Source of the DNA: a virus
Lineage: Duplodnaviria; Heunggongvirae; Uroviricota; Caudoviricetes
Virus record (IMG/VR): IMGVR_UViG_3300045988_007243
Direction: 5' to 3' (one strand)
Length of the DNA: 64,000 nucleotides
Both the position numbers and the translations under genes were made by a program. The notes under the pieces are model-generated. The model saw nothing but the letters and a program-made list of their open reading frames with translations. It ran no database searches and was not told where the DNA came from. Positions 29,693-38,460 of the stretch are shown here, piece after piece; within the stretch, counting starts at the first letter, position 1; each line of letters opens with the position of its first letter.

Positions 29693-30250
29693 GTGATAGA
29701 TATGGAAAAAGATAACTTAAAAGAAGTTGAAGGTAACTACTTAGTACTTGACTGGAATGATATTCGTGGAGCACTCTACGAAGAAAGCCTTAATAGGTTA
29801 GAACAAATTATCTTTGCAGTACGGGGTTACAGAGAGGTTCAAAATGGTAAAGAGCCACTTGAAGGAATCTTTGTAGAGAAGTCTTATCCGTTCTATGAAG
29901 ACACTTTACAGAAAGTTAAAATGTACTTTAGACAGAAGAACCGTAAAGTGGTCACTATGGTATCTCTTGGTGGACAGAATATGTCTGTGATGGAAGATAT
30001 TAATCCTAAGAGACCGAGTAAAGGTATCTGTATAAAAATCACAGGACATGAAGAGTATATCTCAGTGGATGATTTTAGTTCATTCTGTAATGGCTCTTGT
30101 GTCTTTAATGGTTTTCACTATGATATCCGAGTGTACCCAATCAAGGGAGATGATATCATGATGCAGGTATTTGATAACAACAACGGCTTTACTCATTTTT
30201 ATCAGACAACCAAGTCATCACTAAAAACAGTTCTGGAAACACTGATTTAA
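29693..30250 (+). CDS. hypothetical protein
   Basis: 185 aa ORF, last of plus-strand block. Confidence 0.4.
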   Translation: MIDMEKDNLKEVEGNYLVLDWNDIRGALYEESLNRLEQIIFAVRGYREVQNGKEPLEGIFVEKSYPFYEDTLQKVKMYFRQKNRKVVTMVSLGGQNMSVMEDINPKRPSKGICIKITGHEEYISVDDFSSFCNGSCVFNGFHYDIRVYPIKGDDIMMQVFDNNNGFTHFYQTTKSSLKTVLETLI

Positions 30251-30260
30251 AATATCTTAA

Positions 30261-30293
30261 GAGCCTCCTTAATTGGGGGCTTTTTTAATTTTT
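30261..30293 (+). terminator. intrinsic terminator ending plus-strand block
   Basis: gagcctcc-ttaatt-gggggc hairpin followed by TTTTTTAATTTTT. Confidence 0.55.
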
Positions 30294-31960
30294 ATAAAAT
30301 TTTATCGGTTGTCCCAACCTCTGGGTCACCATCATATGTGAATAAAATATCTATCCTTCTTAGCAACCTTCTTAATCTTACTCTCTATATAGTTATATAG
30401 TACTATATAGTATCTTAGTAACTATCTAGTGGTCTTAATAGCCCTCTGTATAACCCTTCTAACAAGCCCTCTAACAAACCTTCTTAACAACCTATACAAT
30501 CACCTTAACCATCTCTCTACACCTTCTTAGAAGCCCCTATACACCTCTTAATCTCTATGTCAGCTATGATACCCTCTATAGGTGTTCACTAGGAAATACT
30601 AAGCCTCTATATAGACTGTTTTAACAAACTTAACAGGAATATCTTTACAGACCTTATCTCACAAGGTCTAACACGGTACTAACAAGGTATCTTATAAGCC
30701 TGTTTATGCCTGTATTTTTAAAAGACTGTATAGGTAATTATTCAGAATTTTAAAATTTTTATAAAATAGGACTATCAAGTCATTTTTTAGGGTCTTTGAA
30801 GGGACTCAAAAATATCTGATTAGGGTGTATATCTGCTTGGTAGCCCTTAACAGCTCCCTTACAAGTACTTTGCAAAATTTTAAAATATCCTTAACAATCT
30901 CTTAACAGTTCTCACATCTTCTTAACAACTCTTCAAAGGTCTTAACAGATTCTTAACAGAACTAACAAGGCTGTAACAGTTTCTTAACAGTTGATACATA
31001 GGCTTTACAGAATCTTAACAGATGACTAATAAGAGCTAACAGGGATTGGTAGATGATTCGGATGAAGCATCCTCATAACAATACCAATTAGTTAATTTTA
31101 AAGAGTTATTTTGTTAAGATAATTAACAAGTTTCTAACAAGTATTTAATCTTTTTAACAAGCTATTAACATGGTCACTACTCTTTTCTTATCGTTCCCTC
31201 TCCCTCTTAGTGATTCTCTAAACATACCTCTTAAAAGCTCTCTATAGCTCTTTATAAGCCCTTTTAAGCCTCTTCCTAGTAATTACACCCCAACTGTACA
31301 GACACCTTTTTATAGAGCTTTACAGGAGCTTTTAAGGCTATGTCAAAGACTCTTACAAGGCTTTTACGTGGTTTTAACAGAGATTTAACAAGGGGCTAAC
31401 AAGTTGCTAACAAGTGCCTTAAAAGCATAACTATGTAGGGATTGTTAAGAATTTGTTAAGAAAATGTTAAGGGGGCTAGCATTTACGTAACTTTATAGCT
31501 TCTTTTACGTAACTTTGAAGCAACTTTATAGCCCCTATAACATACTTTTAAGACACTAACAATAGGATTCGATAGATTCCTATCTCATAGCCCTTTTTAG
31601 TAGTTCACAAGAATACTAACGAGATAATAAAGCTTATAACCTTATAAGATTCTTTTAAGCCTCTATAAAGCCCTGTAAAGAGCTTTTTAGGGTGAGTTAA
31701 TGCAATCCCTTAAGTTATATTGATAAGGCTGTTATAGAGCTTTATAGAGCGTTTTAGTGGTTGCCCTTCCCTTTCGGGTTATGGGCTTATATTTAAGTTG
31801 ATTTGATAAGAGGTTATAGAGTAAACTATAGAGTTATTGCTTTTAAGGTATGGGATAGATTCTGGAAAGGAAAGGGAAAGGATTGTATAGGGATTCGATA
31901 AGACGTAAAAAAGCCCCTATGAGAAGGAGCTTTGAAGGTATCTGGGGCTATTTAGCCCCG
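30290..31960. repeat. ORF-free region dense in TTAACA(A/G) iteron-like motifs
   Basis: No ORF of 60 aa or more on either strand over about 1.7 kb; dozens of TTAACA(A/G) in both orientations, including phased arrays. Confidence 0.6.
31375..31475. promoter_or_regulatory. convergent 11-bp-phased iteron arrays (candidate origin/operator)
   Basis: Four direct (T/C)TAACA units at exact 11-bp spacing (31375-31418), then three inverted TGTTAAG units at 11-bp spacing (31443-31475). Confidence 0.45.
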
Positions 31961-31969
31961 TTGCGTCGA

Positions 31970-32218
31970 TTAGTTGTAACCTTGTTTATTGTAGTACAGT
32001 GAGATAATCAAGTCACCCCAGTAATGATAGTGATGCTCGTCGTTTAATGCCTCTTTTACAGCGTCTTTCCAGAAGTCATCAGTAGGGTTATAATCTGGGA
32101 TAACTTGCTTGATAACTGTCTTCACTAATGAAAAACACTCATCAGTTCCACCAATATCAAATTTAACGTCCAGAGTATAACAGCCATAAGCATTGACAGT
32201 TGCGCGGATAGTTGCCAT
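31970..32218 (-). CDS. small hypothetical protein (cassette gene 1)
   Basis: 82 aa; start preceded by conserved TAAACTAGGAGATTCAAAA leader. Confidence 0.5.
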   Translation of the reverse strand: MATIRATVNAYGCYTLDVKFDIGGTDECFSLVKTVIKQVIPDYNPTDDFWKDAVKEALNDEHHYHYWGDLIISLYYNKQGYN

Positions 32219-32221
32219 TTT

Positions 32222-32290
32222 TGAATCTCCTAGTTTAAGGACTTTACTTAGTGGGGAAGGCCATTCCCTCCCCGTTGATGAGTAATTTAC
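32222..32290 (-). promoter_or_regulatory. repeated leader element, family A (GC hairpin + RBS)
   Basis: ggggaaggccattccctcccc hairpin plus conserved aaggactttacttagtgg and RBS; copy 1 of 5. Confidence 0.5.
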
Positions 32291-32550
32291 TGCATGTTGG
32301 CGTATGTTGCAAGCCTTTTTTCGTTGTATTTTGTAAGAATCTCACAAGATAAAACATCGTAATTTGTAATAGCGTTGCCTTTGTCGAGGTCAAAGAATCC
32401 AAACGCTTTACCGTCTTTGAATCCTACAACTTCATAAGACTCTTTGATGATTTCACCATTGAACAAATCGCTTTCAATGCGGTGTAATAATGCTACGTTT
32501 TCTTTGTCGGTTGCGATTTGTAAAAGTGTGGTCAATTCTACGTTTTCCAT
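32287..32550 (-). CDS. small hypothetical protein (cassette gene 2)
   Basis: 87 aa. Confidence 0.45.
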   Translation of the reverse strand: MENVELTTLLQIATDKENVALLHRIESDLFNGEIIKESYEVVGFKDGKAFGFFDLDKGNAITNYDVLSCEILTKYNEKRLATYANMQ

Positions 32551-32560
32551 CTTGATAACT

Positions 32561-32620
32561 CCTAGTTTAAGGACTTTACTTAGTAGGGAGGTTATCCCTC
32601 CCGTTGATTAGTAATTTACT
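32561..32620 (-). promoter_or_regulatory. repeated leader element, family A variant
   Basis: gggaggttatccctccc hairpin with conserved flanks. Confidence 0.45.
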
Positions 32621-32770
32621 TGTTTTGATATCTGATTGCAAGCAATTTTTTAAGTTTATCTATAAAGAATCTTTTAAGTTAATCCCTTTTAGATAAACCC
32701 CCTCGAACAAAGTTACCAATGTCAAGGGGCATTGTCAACACTTTTTTAAAAGTTTTTTGTAAGTTATTGA

Positions 32771-33112
32771 TTAACTGATGAATATTTTTTCAGGTTTTAC
32801 ATAGCTGATACGCTGACTTTTTAGCAAGTCATCCCAGATTATTGCCGCAATATGAGAATAACCAGACTCACGCAAGAGCTTCATTGCTTTACATCTCGTT
32901 TCAAATCTGGTTGCGTAGTACTCACTATTCAAAACAGTTTTCTTCCCTTCGTTATCTGTATGGATAATCTGCATTACTTGAAAGGGGCTGACATCCTCGC
33001 CTTTGTTCCATTGCTCAAAGTATTTTAGGCACTGCATAGGTGACATCTTATCGCTTACTTGAGTTGACCAAGATGCGCCAGCTTTATCGGTAATTACGGT
33101 TACATAAGCCAT
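32771..33112 (-). CDS. small hypothetical protein (cassette gene 3)
   Basis: 113 aa; conserved leader upstream. Confidence 0.45.
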   Translation of the reverse strand: MAYVTVITDKAGASWSTQVSDKMSPMQCLKYFEQWNKGEDVSPFQVMQIIHTDNEGKKTVLNSEYYATRFETRCKAMKLLRESGYSHIAAIIWDDLLKSQRISYVKPEKIFIS

Positions 33113-33184
33113 TTTTGAATCTCCAGTTTAGGATTTTATTTAGTGGGGAAGGTCATCCCCTCCCCGTTGATTGACAATTTACAG
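33113..33184 (-). promoter_or_regulatory. repeated leader element, family A
   Basis: ggggaaggtcatcccctcccc hairpin with conserved flanks. Confidence 0.5.
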
Positions 33185-33201
33185 ATTTTTATCAGGCTTG
33201 T

Positions 33202-33435
33202 CTAGTCTTTTTCAATGATAATTTCATATTGACCGTCAACACTGTCGAAATAGATTCCGTCGTCATCTTCTGTCTTAAAGTAACATTGTATATCATCACT
33301 GGCGGGATAGTCTTGCCTTGCTATCTGGCAAACTTGAATAGCATTTTCTTTACTTCCTGTAAACTCTTCAAGCCCTTTAAAGTCACATGAATGGCCATTA
33401 CAAATTGAGAGGATGAGATAAACGGTTGTAAGCAT
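33202..33435 (-). CDS. small secreted/membrane-anchored protein (hypothetical)
   Basis: 77 aa with hydrophobic N-terminus. Confidence 0.4.
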   Translation of the reverse strand: MLTTVYLILSICNGHSCDFKGLEEFTGSKENAIQVCQIARQDYPASDDIQCYFKTEDDDGIYFDSVDGQYEIIIEKD

Positions 33436-33444
33436 GATTTAAGC

Positions 33445-33475
33445 CCTCTAAAAGCCCCTACAAGGGGCTGATTAG
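33445..33475 (-). terminator. possible intrinsic terminator
   Basis: agcccc-ttgta-ggggct hairpin followed by TTTTAG on minus strand. Confidence 0.35.
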
Positions 33476-33501
33476 TGTTTATAAGGTGATTGCATAGGTT
33501 T

Positions 33502-34044
33502 TTAGAAAAAGCTCTTTAAATCCTCTTCTGCAATGTTTCCTGTCAGTGTGTCCATGATGTCACAAAAAACCTGAATACTGTCGGACTGTTGAACACTTTT
33601 AGCAAGAAGTTCCAGAGACTTATCAAGATAGTTTAAATTTGGGTTATCCAGTGAAGGAAGACAAAAAGGCGAAAACATAGCATTAAATTCAGTGATGTAA
33701 ACCTTTTTAATCCAATTTAAATCGAAATATTCTGTAAAACTTGCCACACTCGACATATTATCACAAGAATAATCATCATTTAACTCATCTTCTGGAATAT
33801 CAAGTTCCAAGATGACAATGTTTTGAGTTTTCATCTGAAAAGCTGCGGTGATAGTGGCATTGCCCAGAGCTTGTTGTATACCTTCAGATGCTATCTCTTC
33901 CGCATCGTCGCCATAGATTTTATTTTCTGGATAAACGTAAAAATTGCCGTCCATATCCGAACAATTCCATGCACCTGATGGCTTATCACCGTTATTAATC
34001 AGGTTGAGGAAATTTTCTTGAGTAGTTCCGTGATAACATTTCAT
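33502..34044 (-). CDS. hypothetical protein
   Basis: 180 aa, acidic; conserved leader upstream. Confidence 0.45.
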   Translation of the reverse strand: MKCYHGTTQENFLNLINNGDKPSGAWNCSDMDGNFYVYPENKIYGDDAEEIASEGIQQALGNATITAAFQMKTQNIVILELDIPEDELNDDYSCDNMSSVASFTEYFDLNWIKKVYITEFNAMFSPFCLPSLDNPNLNYLDKSLELLAKSVQQSDSIQVFCDIMDTLTGNIAEEDLKSFF

Positions 34045-34140
34045 TTTTAGAATCTCCAGTTTAGGATTTAGTGGTAAAGCTCTTTATCTGAGGCTTAAGT
34101 TATCAACTTTTAAGCCCCTTGTAAAGTACTTTATTTGTTA
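34045..34140 (-). promoter_or_regulatory. repeated leader element, family B (ggcttaa...ttaagcc hairpin)
   Basis: Conserved ggatttagtggtaaagctctttatctg + hairpin + ccttgtaaagtactttatttgtta. Confidence 0.5.
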
Positions 34141-34334
34141 TTTTTGACAACTTTTAAAACTGCAAGATAGCCTAAGCAATAAGAATCACCGAAGAGAGTC
34201 CTACCCATGAAAGAATCCTCTTTGATATCCTTTGCAGTGACAGTTTTTTCTACGCCGTGGGAAAGGACTATATCACCAACTTTGATATCTTTGATGTGTG
34301 TAGTTTCAATGGTTAAACCATTAATAATAGCCAT
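34131..34334 (-). CDS. small hypothetical protein
   Basis: 67 aa; conserved leader upstream. Confidence 0.4.
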   Translation of the reverse strand: MAIINGLTIETTHIKDIKVGDIVLSHGVEKTVTAKDIKEDSFMGRTLFGDSYCLGYLAVLKVVKNNK

Positions 34335-34433
34335 TTTCAGAATCTCCAGTTTAGGACTTTATTTAGTGGGGAAGGTCATTCCCTCCCCGTTGATGTGTAA
34401 TTTAGACTATCTAAAAATCAGTGTCAACAAAAA
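34335..34433 (-). promoter_or_regulatory. promoter + leader cassette, family A (TTGACA-17-TAAATT, GC hairpin, RBS)
   Basis: Minus strand: -35 TTGACA (34422-34427), 17-bp spacer, -10 TAAATT (34399-34404), then hairpin and RBS. Confidence 0.55.
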
Positions 34434-34437
34434 TTTT

Positions 34438-34842
34438 TTATAGTTCTGCATAAATTGCATCGCAGATATTACGGAAATCGTGATTTGCCAAATTACGCTG
34501 CAACCAAGTGGCGAAAAAGTCAGCGATTGCAAAGTTAGCATCATACTCGACAGATAACCACACTTTAACAGCAAATCGGAACATTTTCAAATCTAACTCT
34601 TTATTCATTACCTTAGATTTGCCTAACATGTCGGCCATTTCATGTTGTGCACCGTCTAGCGTGATACCTGCTGCAACGTCAGTCAATGAGTTTTTTACGC
34701 TTTCAACGTCTAAGATAACACTTTGAATCTTCCCAATAATGTTTTGCAGTGTTTTATCTGGTGCTGATGACGTGATAACATTAATCCGGTTAACGGTCAA
34801 ACGTGCTTTTAAAATTGATAATTCACGGTTATTAATAGCCAT
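34438..34842 (-). CDS. hypothetical protein
   Basis: Start moved to ATG at 34842 (MAINNRELS) directly after the conserved RBS; ORF-track start 34857 lies within the repeated leader. Confidence 0.45.
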   Translation of the reverse strand: MAINNRELSILKARLTVNRINVITSSAPDKTLQNIIGKIQSVILDVESVKNSLTDVAAGITLDGAQHEMADMLGKSKVMNKELDLKMFRFAVKVWLSVEYDANFAIADFFATWLQRNLANHDFRNICDAIYAEL

Positions 34843-34935
34843 TTTTAAGTTCTCCAATTTAGGATTTAGTGGTAAAGCTCTTTATCTGGGGCTTACTTTA
34901 TCGAACTATAAGCCCCTTGTAAAGTACTTTACATT
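34843..34935 (-). promoter_or_regulatory. repeated leader element, family B (near-identical to 36483-36580)
   Basis: Perfect 8-bp hairpin ggggctta...taagcccc; about 95 bp near-identical to the copy at 36483-36580. Confidence 0.55.
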
Positions 34936-35201
34936 AAATGCAGTTTTTTGCCTTTTACTATAATGTAACTCGATGCGCTATTGCTTTGCACATCTTGATA
35001 AATTCTGCGTAAACGTCCTTCGTAGTATACTTTCCAACTGGTTGGAATCTTTTTCCCGTATCCTGTAGCAGTTTTTTGGAGTCCTGCAACTTGCCAATTT
35101 AAGATGTGTTGCTCAGCTTGTAAATCATCAAAGTGCATCACACCATTCACATAGTGACGCAGGGTTACGTTTAAAGTGCGACCGTTGTTAGTAGTATACA
35201 T
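34929..35201 (-). CDS. small hypothetical protein
   Basis: 90 aa; conserved leader upstream. Confidence 0.4.
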   Translation of the reverse strand: MYTTNNGRTLNVTLRHYVNGVMHFDDLQAEQHILNWQVAGLQKTATGYGKKIPTSWKVYYEGRLRRIYQDVQSNSASSYIIVKGKKLHLM

Positions 35202-35227
35202 TTTCAGAATCTCCTAGTTTAAGGATT

Positions 35228-35386
35228 TTATTTTGACAGTTCACTAATTAAGACATCAAAGATTATATCATTATCTGCTACAGTTGCAACACCAGTGATA
35301 TAATCAATTTCTAAGATAACAACAACTTTCGTACATAAACCGTCATCTATATCATTCCAGACAACTTTATCACCTGCACAAAACAT
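35228..35386 (-). CDS. small hypothetical protein (about 52 aa, below ORF-track cut-off)
   Basis: ATG at 35386 directly preceded by the conserved leader; hand translation MFCAGDKVVWNDIDDGLCTKVVVILEIDY... Confidence 0.35.
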   Translation of the reverse strand: MFCAGDKVVWNDIDDGLCTKVVVILEIDYITGVATVADNDIIFDVLISELSK

Positions 35387-35484
35387 TTTTGAATCTCCTA
35401 GTTTAAGGACTTTATTTAGTGGGGAAGGTCATTCCCTCCCCGTTGATGTGTAATTTAATCTATCTAAAAACCAGTGTCAACAGT
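35387..35484 (-). promoter_or_regulatory. promoter + leader cassette, family A (TTGACA-17-TAAATT, GC hairpin, RBS)
   Basis: -35 TTGACA (35475-35480), 17-bp spacer, -10 TAAATT (35452-35457); near-identical to 34335-34433. Confidence 0.55.
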
Positions 35485-35809
35485 TTTGTTTTCGTTTGCT
35501 CAATTCTTGAACAATTACAGCGTAGTAGTCTTTTAAGTCACTGACATTTAAAGCATTTATCAGAGAATTATAATCATCAACTAACTGAAAATTATCTTTG
35601 AAGATGTCACTTATCTGATAGGTTTTCGCTTTATATCTGAAGCTCATCTCTAGCCGCTTTATTTGCTCATCACTGAGGCGCCCTAGAAAGCTTTCTACAA
35701 GGTTATTACTAACCTGCTGCGTAATTGCCTTACTTGCTAGATTATAGGCTTTATATGCCTTATATAGCGCGAAAATGGCAATGATTGCAGTGATACCAGT
35801 CATTAACAT
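35477..35809 (-). CDS. membrane protein (hypothetical)
   Basis: 110 aa with N-terminal transmembrane helix; GAGGAAACACC RBS. Confidence 0.45.
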   Translation of the reverse strand: MLMTGITAIIAIFALYKAYKAYNLASKAITQQVSNNLVESFLGRLSDEQIKRLEMSFRYKAKTYQISDIFKDNFQLVDDYNSLINALNVSDLKDYYAVIVQELSKRKQNC

Positions 35810-36099
35810 GGTGTTTCCTCTTTACGTGATACTTTGCCATTTACAGTTATCTCATAGGATTCTAATAAATCGCTTTTAGACTTTACAGGACTTTTAAAAG
35901 TATTATCGTATATATTAACTTGTAATACAGGTTTTTTATACTCCCTGCAACTGTTCCATAAGCAAATCACTACACGACGACCTTTTATTTTGCCGTGTAA
36001 CCATTCCATAACATCATGCCTATTCCTTGATGTCTCGATAAAATCAATTTTGTTGAGTAATTTGCTCAAATTTTCACGCACTTGATTTGATAATTTCAT
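35803..36099 (-). CDS. small hypothetical protein
   Basis: 98 aa; conserved leader upstream. Confidence 0.4.
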   Translation of the reverse strand: MKLSNQVRENLSKLLNKIDFIETSRNRHDVMEWLHGKIKGRRVVICLWNSCREYKKPVLQVNIYDNTFKSPVKSKSDLLESYEITVNGKVSRKEETPC

Positions 36100-36200
36100 T
36101 TTAGAATCTCCTAGTTTAAGGTCTTTATTTGATAAAGCTCTTTATCTGGGGCTTAAGGTATCAGCTTTTAAGCCCCCTGTAAAGTACTTTATTTGTTAAT
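36100..36200 (-). promoter_or_regulatory. repeated leader element, family B
   Basis: ggggcttaa-N11-ttaagcccc hairpin with conserved flanks. Confidence 0.5.
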
Positions 36201-36482
36201 TTTCAGCTTTGCATAACTTCTCATTGTACGAATGGGGGATGTTAATGCTACGCGTCTAATGTATGCCTTTTTCGTGTATACATTTGTCTTCCCGATAGTG
36301 TTTACACATGTAAAAAGGTTTATCGGTGAATTTTTTAACTTCAACTGTTTATCAACCTTCACGCCCCACCTTACAGCAGATTGTTTTCCGTTGTCAACCA
36401 CTTTCCCGCATAACTTTTTAGCCATAACGCGAGCGTCATCACGAGTCTTTGCAGTAATTACAACGTTTTTGATAATAGCCAT
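36189..36482 (-). CDS. hypothetical protein
   Basis: Start moved to ATG at 36482 (MAIIKNVV) after the conserved RBS. Confidence 0.45.
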   Translation of the reverse strand: MAIIKNVVITAKTRDDARVMAKKLCGKVVDNGKQSAVRWGVKVDKQLKLKNSPINLFTCVNTIGKTNVYTKKAYIRRVALTSPIRTMRSYAKLKINK

Positions 36483-36580
36483 TTTTAAGTTCTCCAATTT
36501 AGGATTGAGTGGTAAAGCTCTTTATCTGGGGCTTACTTTATCGAACTATAAGCCCCTTGTAAAGTACTTTATTTGTTAAT
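36483..36580 (-). promoter_or_regulatory. repeated leader element, family B (near-identical to 34843-34935)
   Basis: About 95 bp near-identical to 34843-34935 including perfect hairpin. Confidence 0.55.
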
Positions 36581-36953
36581 TTTGAAGATAGTTACATAAC
36601 CATCGCTGCCGATGATTTGTGATGCTCCAGCTTTTTCTACTTGATAGCCCATATTTTCAAGATGGTAAACAGCATCATCATAACCATATGCACCGCCCTG
36701 ATAACGTCTCTTATCACATCTTACTAATACCTTTCCACGTCCTGCCAGTGCATTTAGTACGGCTTTTTCACTTGAAAGTGTACCATCTAACATGGTTGCC
36801 GTGTAATGGTTGATTCTATTCCCGTTTACATCATACTTAAAATTGAATGCGTGAACAACGATAATGTTACCTTTAAAATTTTCATCAAGTGACTTCTCCA
36901 GTGCGTTGCGAAAGTTGTCTTTGTTGATGAATTTAGGTGCACGATATGCCATT
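36569..36953 (-). CDS. hypothetical protein
   Basis: Start moved to ATG at 36953 (MAYRAPKF) after the conserved leader; 128 aa. Confidence 0.45.
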
Positions 36954-37199
36954 TTTGAATCTCCTAGTTTAAGGTTGTTGAGCTTGTCGCCCCGTCTGAT
37001 GCAAATATTAGATAACACAGTTCAAAGAGTCAAGAAAATTTTTAAAAATATTTTTTGCAAAATTGTAATGAAACGGGTGCGCGCGACTACCACAAAACAG
37101 AACTACAATCAAGAATTATTTTTCAATCCGCTACAAATTTTTCTGTTGACTTTTATTTTCAGATGTGGTAGCCTTGTGAGAAATGGCGACAGTCCCACC

Positions 37200-37400
37200 T
37201 ACCCCCACCTACCTGCACAATTCTAAAATGATTTTTCTTGCCCGACCTGATTTTTCTCTGCACGTTTTGAAAATGAAAAAACCCTTTGGAGATTACCTGC
37301 ACAGTTTGAAAATGAATTTTCTCTTTGGAGTTCAAAATTTTCTCTATAGATTCCTCTACAGAACTCTACCTGCACAAATCTGAAATGAAAAAGCCCTCCT
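37200..37400. repeat. direct repeats TACCTGCACA...GAAAATGA in non-coding region
   Basis: TACCTGCACA occurs at least three times (about 37211, 37294, 37366), each followed by (T/C)TGAAAATGA within about 15 bp. Confidence 0.5.
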
Positions 37401-37461
37401 TACCTGAAAAATTTACCAGATAAGAAAGGCTTAGTCTATTGTGAATATACTACGAAGTTTC

Positions 37462-38247
37462 TTAGTTCTTTGCGTCTAAGAAGGTAAGTTCTGGTGAAGA
37501 GAAGATTAACTCAATATCCTCATCAGTTCTTGCATAGATATAAGCATCTGCATCACTGCCAAATGTTACTGCAATTCTGTGATTGCTCTTCGACAGGTGG
37601 GTAACTAGAGCGTTACTCAGAGACATCTTCTCAACCGGAGGGTTACTTTGATGTATCTTACCTTTTCTTCGTCTGAAGAGGGTAACTGCATCATTAGTGA
37701 ACACTACTACACCTGCAAAGTATTCTGGTTCACAGTAGTTCTTCCAACCTGAGAGTAACTTGTGGTACATCTCTCCTTCATAGACATATAGATAAACATC
37801 TACACTCTTCATCACCTGATTGATGATAACTGTGACGGCTTGAGGGTCAAGTCCACCGATACCTGCACCAATCATAGGTAAACCAACTTTCTTCAACTGG
37901 TTAACTTCACAGTATCTGTTAAGCTGTTTCAAAGATGACTCTAAAGCACTGTATCGGGCATCTTTACCAGTATGAAGTTGGGTGTAAAGGTTAGCTATAC
38001 GGCCTTGTTTTAAACGTGCTACAGAGAAATTACCTAGTAAATTTTCACAGGGTTTGTGACGAATGCCACCTGCAAACAGGTAAACTTCTGTGTCAGTATC
38101 ATACACTTTTGGATAACGCTTAGAAATAGTTGCTGCAATACCTGCACCCATGAAATTCATACAGTTGCAACCATGACCAATGATATCAAATTTGCCTTTA
38201 TCAAATGCGTCAAAGATATCACCTTTGATGATTTTTACAATACCCAT
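37462..38247 (-). CDS. macro domain protein (ADP-ribose binding/hydrolase-like) with unknown C-terminal domain
   Basis: 261 aa; N-terminal IIKGDIFDA...DIIGHGCNCMNFMGAGIAATI matches macro-domain signature. Confidence 0.6.
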   Translation of the reverse strand: MGIVKIIKGDIFDAFDKGKFDIIGHGCNCMNFMGAGIAATISKRYPKVYDTDTEVYLFAGGIRHKPCENLLGNFSVARLKQGRIANLYTQLHTGKDARYSALESSLKQLNRYCEVNQLKKVGLPMIGAGIGGLDPQAVTVIINQVMKSVDVYLYVYEGEMYHKLLSGWKNYCEPEYFAGVVVFTNDAVTLFRRRKGKIHQSNPPVEKMSLSNALVTHLSKSNHRIAVTFGSDADAYIYARTDEDIELIFSSPELTFLDAKN

Positions 38248-38448
38248 TTAACATCTCTCCCAAGATTCTTTATCTTCTGAAGGTTTTACACGTTGCCCTT
38301 CGTGGTCTACCCAGATACACCCACAACCTTCACAGATTACTGGCATTGCATAACCAGCTTTAAAGTCATCTTCAGTGATAAGACCTTTTAAGTCACCTGT
38401 ATCACGTCCGAACATTTCGATAGAACAGTCTTTACAGAAGTCAGCCAT
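38248..38448 (-). CDS. small Cys-rich (zinc-ribbon-like) protein
   Basis: 66 aa with CxxC...CxxC spacing. Confidence 0.4.
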   Translation of the reverse strand: MADFCKDCSIEMFGRDTGDLKGLITEDDFKAGYAMPVICEGCGCIWVDHEGQRVKPSEDKESWERC

Positions 38449-38460
38449 ATAATATATACC

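Noticed and set aside
32222-36580. Possibility that the regularly spaced repeats are a CRISPR array.
   Set aside because: Repeat units are 60-100 bp, fall into two families with internal variation, and the intervening segments are 200-550-bp protein-coding genes with RBS and start codons.
32222-36580. Family A and B hairpins as intrinsic terminators.
   Set aside because: On the transcribed strand neither hairpin is followed by a U-tract; in two copies a promoter lies upstream, so the hairpin is in the 5' leader.
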